This document shows, one piece after another, positions 13,947 to 27,300 of a stretch of DNA of 64,000 nt (the stretch's first letter is position 1; every line of letters starts with the position of its first letter). The stretch comes from Antedon mediterranea (Eukaryota; Animalia; Echinodermata), in contig NC_092680.1 of assembly GCF_964355755.1 (NCBI RefSeq), positions 8,990,001-9,054,000 on the forward strand, read 5' to 3'. The notes beneath the pieces were generated by a model. It did not search any database and was not told the DNA's origin. It saw only the letters and a program-made list of their open reading frames with translations. Made by a program: the position numbers and the translations under genes.

Positions 13947-14876
13947 GTAACGGGCCGATTCGGCCCCCGAGACGATTCGGCCCTTAGACGATTCGGCCCA
14001 CTCAAATTGATTGACAAGAATTGTAATTGTTGTTTAAATTTTTCTTTAGGCCTATTCATTTATATATAGCAAACAAAACACCAAATTCCCCCCAAAAAAC
14101 TTGACCAAACTTACACAAAACGATACCGTTTGTAAACACGACAGTATCAGAAGAATTATTTACATTTAAATATATAATTGTTTAGTTCAAACACCTTTGA
14201 AAACCGAAAAAAAAAATGTATAACATTATAATTAAAGACACCTTCCCTACAATTTGTAAAAATAATACATATAATATTTTACTTTAAAAACATTAAACCA
14301 GGTCATTCCTTGTCTTAAATGTACGTTTTATGGTAAATTATGATAAAAAGTGAGAAACAATGCACTACCTAAGTAGCTCGTGTCGAATGACCTCTAGGCT
14401 TAGTTTTTTTAGGCCTAGCTGGTAAACATCGGTAACGTACGAACATCGTACGCTATTTATATACCTAGCCTGACGTTGTATAGTTGCTGCATTCATTGTC
14501 TTTCTATTTTTGCGAGACTCCGTTACAAATTTGGTAAACCCGGAATTTTCGCTGAAAAGTTAGAAGTCTTCCATTTGGCCTCACGATTGATCGAAAAGTG
14601 AAAAGAGAAGAAAAACAAAAATATCAATCCGCGCGCAATGAATTTTGGGATTTATAGCGGGCCGCTATAATTATTAGAATCAACTTATTTTTCACATTTT
14701 TAACCATTTAAAGACGAAAAAAGTTATCGCAATAGGACCATATAGTATTATTTTTACATTAAATATAGTTTGTGATCTTAAATTAGATCTAAAAAACGTA
14801 GGGAAGGTGTCTTTAACAATCATTGTTTTTGTCTAAAAGTGGGCCGAATAGTCCCGGGCCGAATCGTCCTGGAACC
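13947..14876. mobile_element. MULE-like MITE with tandem subterminal GATTCGGCCC motifs
   Basis: Left GGTAACGGGCCGATTCGGCCC (x3 motif), right GGGCCGAAT..GGGCCGAATCGTCCTGGAACC; imperfect 9-bp target duplication CGAAAGTAT / TGAAAGTAC. Confidence 0.6.
14236..14812. mobile_element. Kolobok-like non-autonomous element nested in the MULE-like MITE
   Basis: TTAA|AGACACCTTCCCTAC ... GTAGGGAAGGTGTCT|TTAA: perfect 15-bp TIR, TTAA duplication, AG terminus. Confidence 0.75.
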
Positions 14877-14974
14877 TGAAAGTACAGTAGCAACCGTTTT
14901 TCACCACCATTTTTCCGCTGCAATATATTATAAAATAAAATTTATAGAAGATAATATTAAAATAGTAGTCAAAT

Positions 14975-15851
14975 CGGCGCTAGTTCCGTTTCGCACCTGT
15001 TTTTATTTCGACTTCCTTTTGACTCCAAATTGTTAAGCAACTTATTGTGAATACCACACCTTAAAATTGGGCCTCATAAGTACTTTTATGAAGAAGAATC
15101 ACATAAAAAGTAACTAATAAATCCTTAAATTGATGATTTTACAGACATGTTTCTCGCATACCGTTCGCGAATTTAGCATACTCGAAGTTCAATATTTTCG
15201 TTTCTATGGAGCGCCAAAAGAGCAACAACAATAGATGGTTAAAAACTCAGCGGAATGCGTCTTCTTTTAATGCATTTATTATTGAAATACACGTTTAATT
15301 TTAATATATTTTGTCAATAAAATGCTGTAACATTTTACTGCTAATAATTTGCTGTTTTCAAATAGCAACCAACCCTAGACCTAAGAGGAATATTATTTAG
15401 ATCAGGTATACCCCTACAGTACATGTAATATGATGATGAATTTGTCGATTTTCATTCCTAAAAGTTCCTGCAAAAACCATGTACAGTATCAACAGTAATA
15501 TTTTTGTTGCATTGACATTGACAAAATATGATAAAATTGAACGTAATTTTCACCAATAAATGCATTAAATATACGCAATTTATTGAGTTTTTAGCCCTCT
15601 ATTATGATTGCTCTTTTGGCGCTCCATAGAAACAACAACATTGAACATGGAGTATGCGAAATTCACGAACCGATGTGCGAAAAACACGTCTGTAAATTCA
15701 TCAATTTAAAGGATTTATTTTTTACTTTTTGTGTGATCTCCTTTGTAAAAATATTTTTGAGGCCTAATTCTAAGGTGTGGTACTCACGATAAAGTTACTT
15801 AACCAATTTTGAGTCGAAATAAACGACAGGTGCGAAACGGAACTAGCGCCG
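14975..15851. mobile_element. Non-autonomous TIR element with 6-bp target duplication (TCAAAT) and long imperfect inverted arms
   Basis: TCAAAT|CGGCGCTAGTTCCGTTTCGCACCTGT ... ACAGGTGCGAAACGGAACTAGCGCCG|TCAAAT; arm similarity extends about 340 bp. Confidence 0.8.
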
Positions 15852-16186
15852 TCAAATCTACATTAAAAATAAATTAAACAATTAGAATGTTACAGATATT
15901 ATGTTTAATTTATTACCTAAATAAGAAAATCACTGAAAAATAAAATGACAATAGTGGGGCCCTGATGACCTTTAGGCCTGTACGGTCATCATCACACTCA
16001 ATGCAACACACACTGTAGTGGTGTATGACCTCATCATACCAGCTCCACAAACTAGGCCTAGGCTAGACGACTATGTTTTGGTTAGACCTAGAGGCTAGGC
16101 CTAGTGAAAACATAGATTACAACATCAAATAAAAAATATTTCTTCTTAAAAATAAGGCTAATATTACCTATTGAAACAAATCACTT

Positions 16187-19100
16187 GGATCAACTGCCGT
16201 TTTCCAAGTGGGATCAACTGCCGTTTTGGCTCCGGAGTTTTTTTTAGGGTTATTCCATTATTAAAGTGGGGGTGTGTGGTTATGAATATTGTGTGCAGGT
16301 ACGTCAATAGAAATGACATTGAGAGCCCTCTTCTGTCAGTTGACTGGTTCCCGGTCTACCGCCTTGTAATTGACTTAATCATGATTGAATTCCAACAACT
16401 TAAGAATATACAAAATGTTTACATAATTATATAACAATGTAGATCTATCTAATAATGTTTTTATTTTTTTGCAGATAAAGGAGGATCATCAATACAATAA
16501 AATGATAAAAATTCCAGGCATTTAATATACGGTTTACTGATAAAATATAATGTACCAATGAAATAAACCTGGTGTTCTGAAACATATTTTAATAACTTTT
16601 GCCGGCCTAGCGCCTATGTGTATCTAAATCTATCTAAATAATTAAGTTAGTACAGTATTAACAAATAAAGGGTTAGGGTTATGTATAATAAAATGATAGA
16701 AATGAGGCATTATCTAATAATGTTTTTATTGATTTTTTTTTCAAATTTTTATAGTTTTAAAATTCAAGTACCGTTTTTATAGCGTTATGTATCCTGTAAA
16801 TGCTAACCTAAAAACGTTATCTGAATGTTTCTTTTTACGTTATAGAAATGTAATAAAATAACGGTTATTAGTGAACCTAAACATTAACCAAACACTAACG
16901 TTAGAAAACCACTATGTGATTGCTGGACTGCCACAATGGAACAATAGACCTAGGTATGTATGTTAAACAAAGAAATCACGTCAAAGCAGGGTGGAGACGG
17001 AATTTTAAGACAAAGGCGTTCTATACAAAAGCAAATCTGGTGGTGGAATACAACATGATCAATGCTGACAGAAATTCACGTAAACTCTGCAGTAAAAAAA
17101 ATGTAGAAACATTATTTGCGTATTAAATCACTATATAAAATGTTCAGCTTGTTTAATTAATATACTGTACAATAATAACCGTACTATGATTTTCTTTTTT
17201 AACCTGTTTTGAACGTCTCTTTTATCTACTACAAGGAATAATTTCGCCAGTGTGGCATAGCAAAAAGCTATACAAAACAACCTTATTGCTACACATTTCG
17301 AAAATTGTGTAGCAAAAAATACAATACAAAACTATGTTTCTCGACTAAATCAGTTTGATTAGCAATTTTGCTAAAATTTTGAAATGAAATTTTTCACTGT
17401 ACTACAGACTCCCACTTGTAATTTTAATGCTTGTCGATATATGATTTCTATACTGTACTTACTGTTTATTACAGCTCATACATAGTTGCTATTCTCTTGA
17501 GGCTCAAGACGACCAAATAGACAGTTTGATATCCAAGTACAACTTGTAACTAGAATTTAATTCGTCACTTTGACGAATTATAGGTGATCATTTTTATCAT
17601 TTTATTGACATTCATATTTTTTAAACATGCACCTACGTTAACATACAATCGGAAAATGTTGATGTATGCCACCCTCATAGTGCTGAGTTGTGCCTATTAT
17701 ATGCCATACAATATGTACAGTATATACTGTACTGTGTATATCTATATACAGTGTAGCATAGGTGAAATTACGAGACCCACATCATGTTCTAATTTTTTGG
17801 TATGATGACGTTGTCAAAATAAACTTGAAGATAACAATATCGAAAGATAATGAATTGAGTAATAAAATATAACAATTGGATGAAAATTTGGCACGTAGAA
17901 GGGCGGTGCGCGCTATTTAAAAATTGTATAACTTTTACGAAAGCGATGAAAAAAATACTTTTTAACTTCAACTGGCCATACGGTAACGTCAAAACATCCA
18001 ATAGGCTTAATTTTTATATGAATTAATATAAGCTTCGCTTGACGACGTTACACAAATGTCAAAATGTTAACATAGTTCACAAAATGTTATGTTTGCAAGT
18101 TTCAGAGAAAAGCGTTGCGCAAAAATCATACAGAAAGAAAGAAGAGAAATAAAAAGTTGATGTTGATGATGATTTCGTACAATCACAAGAGGTTATCAGC
18201 AACTTCGTTGCGGATAACCAATAAAGATTTGATACAATAACAATAGGTGATCATTTTATTCTAAATGATCACCTAATTATGAATATTAAATTCCTGCTTC
18301 CAGACAACGTCACACTTGGGTTTAATCAGACCTTAAAAAACCTAGTATTTTATTTTCTTTACCAAAATGATTATATATTGTACCGTTACTACTGTATTAT
18401 TCCAACACGTAATTGCTATTCTCTCTCTCTTTTATTTCTAGGCGTTTTTTAAAGATAAATCAGTCCTTAAAAACCTAGCTATTTTGGTTTGAAATAATCA
18501 TAACCTATTGTACCGTTATGTTGATTTGTTAAACAGTACAGTACATAAAATTTCATTAAATTCAATCTTCAATTTGAATGAAAAGGCTAAACGGTAGTGT
18601 TTCAAATTTTGAGTATAAAAAAAAAATGGTTGGGAAGAATAAATATTAATAAAATATATGTAATCAGGTTAAGAAACAAAAACCGCTGTAGCATAGTTTT
18701 ACTTTTTTTTATCGCTGCACAAAGGTGTCTCATTGAAGCTTACAATATTACATAATAAAGCATATAACAATATCACTCATGCCGACATGGAGCTATGTAT
18801 ACAAACTAAAATATGGCACATGTATATAAACCAAGATCAGTTGTCTTCAAATCACTCATTTTTCGAAAAACTTTCAACTATATTATAGGCCTACAACTCC
18901 GATATTTTACTGCGTTCTCGATTTGATTTTACTGCGATTTAAACCAAGGACCATGCTGCCGAAGATAGGACCACATTTGTTTAATGGATTTGATGACTAC
19001 CTGGACTTTTTCCAACGAAGGGGTTTTTATCCAACTGTCAAGGATTGCTCGTACTGTAATGTACCAATGTACATGTCTACTCGTAACCGTAAGTGTTCTC

Positions 19101-20335
19101 ATCATTAATTATTATAATTACATTTAAAAAACGTAATTTAAATATTTATAACCTGTACCATTATATGTATACTTATGTCTTTATTATAACCTGCATTTTA
19201 TGTGCAATTATTTAGTAATTTTATGTACCATTTATTCAGTTACTGTAATGTAAGTTAAGTAATTAATTAATTGTAAGTAAATAATGATGTAATTTAATAA
19301 AAAATATTTATATTATTGAAATGAATTTCTAAATAAAAATACATTGTCAATTTAATTTTGTTGTTGTTATGTTTGGTTTATTTTTTGCTATCCTATGTAT
19401 TATGATAATTTTGCTATTCTATGTATTAGAATATTTATATATAACAGCATATCAAAATCTTTTAATAAAGAAACTAAACAAAATTTGTAAAAAGTATACA
19501 TGAATGATTTGCATTTGTATAGAACGCCTTTGTCTTAAAATTCCGTCTCCACCCTGCTTTGACGTGATTTCTTTGTTTAACATACCTAGGTCTATTGTTC
19601 CATTGTGGCAGTCCAGCAAACACATAGTGGTTTTCTAATGTTAGTGTTTGGTTAATGTTTAGGTTCACTATAACCGTTATTTTATTACATTTCTATAACG
19701 TAAAAAGAAACATTCAGATAACGTTTTTAGGTTAGCATTTACAGGATACATAACGCTATAAAAACGGTACTTGAATTTTAAAACTATAAAAATCAGAAAA
19801 AAAATCAATAAAAACATTATTAGATAATGCCTCATTTCTATCATTTTATTATACATAACCCTAACCCTTTATTTGTTAATACTGTACTAACTTAATTATT
19901 TAGATAGATTAGATAGATTTAGATACACAAAGGCGCTAGGCCGGCAAAAGTTATTAAAATATGTTTCAGAACACCAGGTTTATTTCATTGGTACATTATA
20001 TTTTATCAGTAAACCGTATATTAAATGCCTGGAATTGTTATCATTTTATTTTATTGATGATCCTCCTTTATCTGCAAAAAAATAAAAACATTATTAGATA
20101 GATCTACATTGTTATATAATTATGTAAACATTTTGTATATTTTTAAGTTGTTGGAATTCGATCATGATTAAGTCAATTACAAGGCGGTAGACCGGGAACC
20201 AGTCAACTGACAGAAGAGGGCTCTCAATGTCATTTCTATTGACGTACCTGCACACAATATTCATAACCACACACCCCCACTTTAATAATGGAATAACCCT
20301 AAAAAAAACTCCGGAGCCAAAACGGCAGTTGATCC
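16187..20335. mobile_element. Merlin/IS1016-like DNA transposon, internally deleted, with about 830-bp terminal inverted repeats
   Basis: AATCACTT|GGATCAACTGCCG ... CGGCAGTTGATCC|AATCACTT (8-bp duplication, GG termini); arms 16211-17037 and 19506-20335 nearly identical; internal zinc-ribbon-like exon. Confidence 0.75.
18953..19088 (+). pseudogene. Putative first exon of Merlin/IS1595-type transposase (zinc-ribbon start)
   Basis: MLPKIGPHLFNGFDDYLDFFQRRGFYPTVKDCSYCNVPMYMSTRN then GTAAGT donor at 19089; F.Q.RG......C..C...M pattern like IS1595-family N-termini; TATATAAA at about 18823; no downstream DDE exon seen. Confidence 0.45.
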
Positions 20336-20879
20336 AATCACTTTATCAACCGATTAATACTTTCTAGAAAATTGAGTAAATTGTCAAAAATTTGAAACAA
20401 AATTCTAATTACACTGCACTTCGTAATCAAAACATGGATTCCGTGATTATAAAAACATGTTGAATCCTGAGGGCGGGCTTGATATTTATTTTGGAGACCA
20501 CAAAATTAAACAAGAAATATTTCTTACAAAAAACGCTGCTCGCTTATTGAAAAATATTTTTTATTTCAAATGTTTTTGAATGTGTCATTTTATTGTCACA
20601 TAATAGTTATTTTACCTGAAAAAAAATATAATTTAAAGCAACAAATACTTTTTGTCTTTTTGTCTGTCAGACAATGGTTTTTGGGTATCTTTTCTCTTTT
20701 TATATGTGAATAAATGTTATTTTTTTGTTACAGAAGTGAATACACAATTTCTGTCACTTTAGTTAATTTTATTGCTAAGGTCAAGTCTGGGGGTCACTTC
20801 ATCACCCTAGATATTTCAAGTGTGAAGTATCCTATTACAAACACAAACTTTGATGGACTGTTTCGATATTAATTCAATG

Positions 20880-23860
20880 AATATCTGACAGTGAATTACA
20901 GTCAAGTATGGGACTCATAAATACCAGAAATGCTTTGGGATTTGTAATTTTAGCATGACATGTCCTAATAGACTTTTTTCCCAGACGTTTTTTGGGTCTA
21001 GCAGCTGGAAATCTATAAATTATAGTGGAGTTTCCATTTTCGCAAAACTGTCGTCTAGAACTATAACTGCTGCTTGCTTTAGCTTTTGGGTAAAGAATGT
21101 TTTGGATATAAACCAAAATATAAAAATGTTAAACCATGGTTTGACAAAGAAATTGAACAGTCCCTGAAGACGAAAAAAGATGCCTGTCGAGCACACCGTA
21201 ATTACCGTAAATACAATCCACTTAATGATAGTACATGTAATAATCTGTGGAATGATTATCAGGTCAAACGTAAACAAACTAAATTATTAATAAGACAAAA
21301 AATTATACAAACAAAAGTACAAAATTGTTCAAAACTATTGGAAATGTCGTGACTTCTGGTATATGCTTCTTAAAGGTAAAAAAGAGAAACAGACAGTAAA
21401 AGCAATAATAATACCTGGAACTAATATTGTTACAACCGATAGGGAAACAATTAAGACGTCTCTTAAAATGCACTTTAATACATTAGGAAAATGAACCAAA
21501 ACCTAAAAGGCGATGATCTGAACATGACCAATAATCTGAATGATACTTTTAATTGGCAAGATGGAAATAATGAGAACACTATGGAAGAATTGAATTTTAG
21601 TCTAAATAATGTAGCCATAGCAATAACATTATTGCAAAAACAATAAAAGTTCAGGAATCGACACAATAGCAAATGAAAATAATGTTAAAGAATGGAGGTA
21701 ATCAGATGACTGAGTCTTTGTTTAAAATGTTTAATAGATTGAAAGAATTGCATGCAATGCATACCTAATGAATGGAATAAAGGTACAAAAATACCATTGT
21801 TTAAAAAAGGGGATGTAAAAAATCTAAACAAAGAGGTAGGCCTATAAAATTAAACTCTTGTGTATCGAAAGTCTAAAATAAGATCATCGCCCAAACAGTG
21901 TCAAGTTTTATTGAGGAATATGATTTATTAGATGAAGTACAATGAGGTTTTCGTAAGAATAGGCGTTGTGAAGACCATGTCATAATCTCAACCAGAAAAG
22001 CTGAAGGTAAAAACACTTTACCTTGCTTTCATAGACTTCAAAAAAGCATTTGACACTGTTTGGAGAGATGGCCTTATTCAGGCTATCAACAATATAGGTA
22101 TCAAAGGAAGTTTACTTAATATAATTAAGAACTTTTATCTGAATGTACAATGTAGCATTTGGAGACACTGTTACAGATTATTTTGGTATTGACGAAGGTG
22201 TAAAGCAAGGATGTACCCTATCACTATTATTGTTTTCAATATTCATTAACGAACTGTATAAAATGATTAAATGTAAGAACTTGGGTGTAAATATATTTAA
22301 TACAAAAATAGGTAAATATAGCCTCTTTTGGGCAGATGATGTGGTTTTAATTGCAGAGAATGAACGAGATTTGAATTCACTATTAGAAACGGCAGCTGAA
22401 TTCTCACTAAAATGGAAACTTTCGTTTAAATGACCAATCAAATGTTTTAATCACAGGCCAAAGAATCAATTTACACAGAAAATGGAGACTAAATATGTGA
22501 AAATTATATATTGGAAACAGAGACCTATAAATACCTTGGTGTACATATATCTCGATCATTGTCTGATGTATATCATATAAATGAAGTAATTAAGAAAGGT
22601 AACCGTATAATTGCTTACATCAAATCCATAATATCGGAACTAGTAGACTTTAACAGAGTCTACTATGGCGATTTGCTTTGGAAAATGATCGGACTACCTA
22701 GGGCCATTATGCTAGCTCTGTTTGGCTCTGTAATGGGAAAACCTCACAAGACAAAATTGAGAATCTACAATATCAAGTGGCTAGAATAATACTAAAAGCC
22801 CCGAGAAATGTTGCCAAAGAAGCATTGTATGGTGATTTGGGATGGCAAAGTATTATTTCCCTACAAAATGATTACAGAGTTCAATATTTTAACAGATTAA
22901 AGAATATGGAAGATTGTAGGTGGTCTCGATTACTTTTCAAGGCAATTTTATCTGTTCAAGAAATATGACATGGCATTGGTTATCCAATGTAAAAGATATT
23001 TTAAATAAAACAAATTTTATAGACAAATTTAATCAAGAACCATCTACTAACTGGATAAAGCCATTTAGGAAAAATAACAAACAGGTTGATCATAATGAGT
23101 GGTTTTCAAAGGCCCAATGTAAAACAACGTTAATGGAATATACTATGTATAAAGGAACTCCAAACAATATTTGTAGAGTATCAATTTAAAATTGAAAGCA
23201 AGATCAAACTCTCTAGATCTTGAGGGTCGTAGACAATCCTGGTCAAGTCATAACACAGGATTATGTAAGATGTGTAGTACTAACGAAAAAGAAACAGTAA
23301 ACCATTTTTTATTTAAATGTCCTTCATTAAATTCTGTTAGAAATGATGTGGATCTTAAAAATAACCTCATAGACAATAATTTAAGTATTTACTGGGATTT
23401 TTAATTAAATTTTAATTGTGGATCTCAAGCATTAAAACATCACTTTATGCTAGACAATTTATTCACTGAAAATGAAACATTAGGAGAAATCTTTGATTTT
23501 TATTGTAAAAAATATTTAATGAAAGCATGGGTTAATAGATCTACAATTTTATCAACATTGCCTCTCTCAACTAATTGATTAATATAGTAAACAAGCTACA
23601 GATATCTCTATGAGGATGTATCTGTAAGTTTTATTTATTTATTTTTATTTATTTATTATCATATATTTTTGTTGTTCTGTTTTTATTTTTGTAAGTTATA
23701 TATATATTGTACATACAGTTTACGTATTATGTATGTGTTAGTATTTAGAACTTTGTAGCTTATGTTATTTGTATTTTGTCTGTAAAATGGATGCACCATT
23801 AACTGATAATGTGTGCCACCGATATAAAGGTGATTCCTATGAATAAATAAATAAATAAAT
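20880..23860 (+). mobile_element. Decayed 5'-truncated non-LTR retrotransposon (LINE) ORF2 with reverse transcriptase
   Basis: Fragments KPWFDKE, FIDFKKAFDTVWR, GVKQGCTLSLLLFSIFINEL, LFWADDVVLIA, YKYLGV, C-terminal CKMC...ETVNHFLFKCP; many stops and frameshifts; (AAAT)n tail at 23842-23861. Confidence 0.9.
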
Positions 23861-24391
23861 TCTGATTGAGTTAGCGGGCTAGAGCAGCAACGTAAAAAAT
23901 AGAACAATATTTTTCAAGAATAGATTTTAAATAAAATTCTTTAATTTGATTAAAAATCTTCACCACCATATGACTTGAGGTATGATGATGATAAAAGGTC
24001 AAATGACTTGTTTGACTAGGGAATTATAGATCCTTGATCTGACCATAACTTATAAGTAAATTACTCCATCGATAAAGTAACTCAATTCCCCGCTCAATTC
24101 ATTAAAAATCATAACTGAGATAAGAACAATTTTCCGTTTCCTCACAGGCAGTGTAGTTATAGTACCAGTATAGATAATAGACACACAGTACAATTGTAAA
24201 TGTAGGATGGAACTTAAAACTACAACAATACGGAACACAAGGTCAACAGTTATGCTCATCCGATCCATTTGTCCTTGTTTTGTTTGCTGCATAATACAGT
24301 GGCTGCTGTATTCGTGTAGGTCGGTAGCTACCACCCTTCAAATAGGGCTTATTATTGGTGAAGACCCCGGTGAAGGCGTTAAGAGTACAAG

Positions 24392-27300
24392 ATGTCTTCA
24401 AAATTAATAGTAGTAACGCTATTTAAGTGCCTCTTTGTCATATTTTATGGCGTTATTGGATGTTTTGGCATGTTATTAGAACTAATTACACACGGCCCGA
24501 GAAAATTCTTTCATCGTAAACAGCGACATTCTCGACCAGAATGCATGAACGATCCCGCCTTAGGAGAGCACGGATTCCTGAGTCTAAACAAAGCTGTAAG
24601 TTTTGTTAATATCTGAGTTTTGAGACTGTATACTATACATTTTGAGATTGTAATTATTTATACTTGACTTATTATAACACAACGTCATTTATACTGTATC
24701 ATATTCATTCCCCATAGTATAGCCATGGAGGCCTCCATGGTATAGCCAACAAAAATCTAGAATTGTATCGAATGTCAACCTTCACAATGAGTATTAACAT
24801 ACTACAGTATTTTATTTATTTATTTATTTATTTATTTCCTTTATTGCATCAAGTAAGCAGTGATGAAGTTGACATAAATATAATAGTAAATATGTAAACA
24901 CATAATATAACACAGTCCAAACAAGTAATACTAAAATAAATCATAGTCCACAAATCAGTCTTTCAATGGCCATCATAGTACATTCAGTAACACAAACCAA
25001 TAGGGGTTCACAATTTGCTTATCATAACTCAGTTACTGATCATTCACCAATCATTGAAAACAGTATGTCCTTCCCTTAATCGTAGGACTATTTTATTCCG
25101 AAGTATATACTTTATTTATCCCTTATCGTATTTTTCACGGTGTTAATAAGTATCCTCTGTATTTATTTTGTCAGTGTTAATTTAATTGTGAACGCAAATT
25201 TCATTTAGGCCTATCTTTGAACTTAACATGAACTGTCCAGTCATAATACAAAGGCCTCCTACAATGGATTTATTACGCAACATAGATAATGACATCCTGC
25301 AGTGCATTTCCCGTCAGTGCAGTGTGACATAAGGATTACTGTTTTATTTTTGTTTTGTTTTATTACTTTTTCATACAAAATAATATTATGAAGTTTTAAA
25401 GTGATGGCCGTTGCAGTTTTGGTCTTCTCTTTAATCAATTCAGAGCATATAGGAATATTTTAATCATGCGATAAACTATAATGATGTACGCGGTATTGTA
25501 CTTTCGTGGCGACTATTACTACTGTAATACTGAAACCAACGTCCTTATTTTTCATTGTAAATTTTATTTGCATTTTCGTTTATGTTAGTGAAATAAACAT
25601 ATTTAGTTAGTTACATTTGAAACATTTGGGGTCAAACATGTTGGGTTAGCATCCGTTTAATCAACTCATGGTCCAAAAACTTGCACTCAATATTTACACA
25701 CACAACCCTCCGTATAATATCAATAAATATGTACAAACGACAACATTCTGATGATGATAATGTTGAATGATGTTTATGGTTATTCCTACCTAGTATTTAC
25801 AATATCCTGAAATGGCATTTAAAGATGATTTTTTTTTCTCTTCAGGACATTCGTATCCATTATGTTGCAGCTGGAGACGAAGACAAGCCTTTGATGTTGT
25901 TGGTGCATGGATTCCCTGAATGCTGGTATATTTGGAGACATCAGTTAAGGGCATTTAAGAATGATTACAGGTAGGCTTACAGTAAGTTTAACAAACGCGT
26001 ATTCACTAGGGGAAGGGTGTGGTGAGGCTGGTGGTGTTGAGATGTTGCATATCCTCTGGACACACACCGCCCGTCACTTTATAATAATAATATTTTGTTA
26101 ATAATCTATTATAATCGAATATTTCTTTTATTTTTTTATTTTTTATTTCATCTTCATCCAACAGCGACCAAAGTCGCCCATAACAGGATTGAATCAATAA
26201 ATATAATTTATATAGATAATTAATTAAACAACAACACAATTAGCTAAAATTACAGGTAAATCAATACCATTTAGCAAATTATCATAAAGAAAGTTATTAA
26301 ATAGATGTAATAGCAACAGTAATCTTACAACGAAAACAATAAATAGTATCACAAAAAATATCAATAAACGGATTACAATAGCAATGAGAATTACCAACCA
26401 TCCCTAGTTACATTAACCCTTTCCGGTGGAACAAAAAATAACCCAGGATTTCTTAAAGGAACGGAAAGTTTAAAATAAGAAATAAAGTTACCATCAACAA
26501 CAGAGTTTTGTTTTATTTCAGAGTTGTTGCGATTGATCTTCGTGGTTACGGCGAATCCGAAACTCCAAATGGTGTACTAAACTACACTTCTAAAATTATA
26601 ATTGGTGAGTACAGTAAATATTTCAGAACCTCTTATTAGTTATTAGTTTCATTGCGTGATTTTATTGTGACTTTTAAAGCTTTGGTCTGAGAGAATTTGG
26701 TTTGGAATACCAGGGATACTGTATCTAACACATTAGGCCCGACATTAGGTTATTAAGAAGTATGTTCTCCAATTATGTCAGTCTCATCTTAAGCTCTCTA
26801 CACTATCAAAATAGTTTGACAAAAAAATGTGATATGCCCAAATATGGTAGTATGATGTCATCGTGCCCATGAGCACATAAAGTTTGATAGTGTAGACAAA
26901 GCTTTAGGCTGCATGTGAATATATAAAACAAGTGTAAATTTATATTTTTACAGATGATATCAAGGAAGTAGTATTGGAACTTGGGTATAATTCTTGTGTG
27001 TTAGTTGCCCATGACTGGGGAGGTGTGATTGCATGGCGTGTTGCAATGGAGTATCCTGAACTCGTTGATAAATTGGTCGTAGCAAATGCTGCTTACCCTG
27101 AGCGTATGAAGCAACACCTTATGTCACACTTAAGCCAGTTTAGAAAATCCTGGTTCGTATTTTTGTTTGTATCCCAACGGACCCCCACCCTCCCCCTCAA
27201 CAACATATTTACTTATTATTAGCATTTTTAGACGTACTTCAAATGTTATTGTTGGGGAATGATGAAGAAGACAGTTATAAACCCTGATATTCCCGTCAAA

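Noticed and set aside
16920-19668. Two ORFs sharing YVKQRNHVKAGWRRNFKTKAFYT as duplicated genes
   Set aside because: They are the two arms of the same terminal inverted repeat
24050-24407. ORFs at 24050-24334 (-) and 24207-24407 (+)
   Set aside because: Overlap promoter/5' UTR of the epoxide hydrolase; no recognisable motifs or splice support
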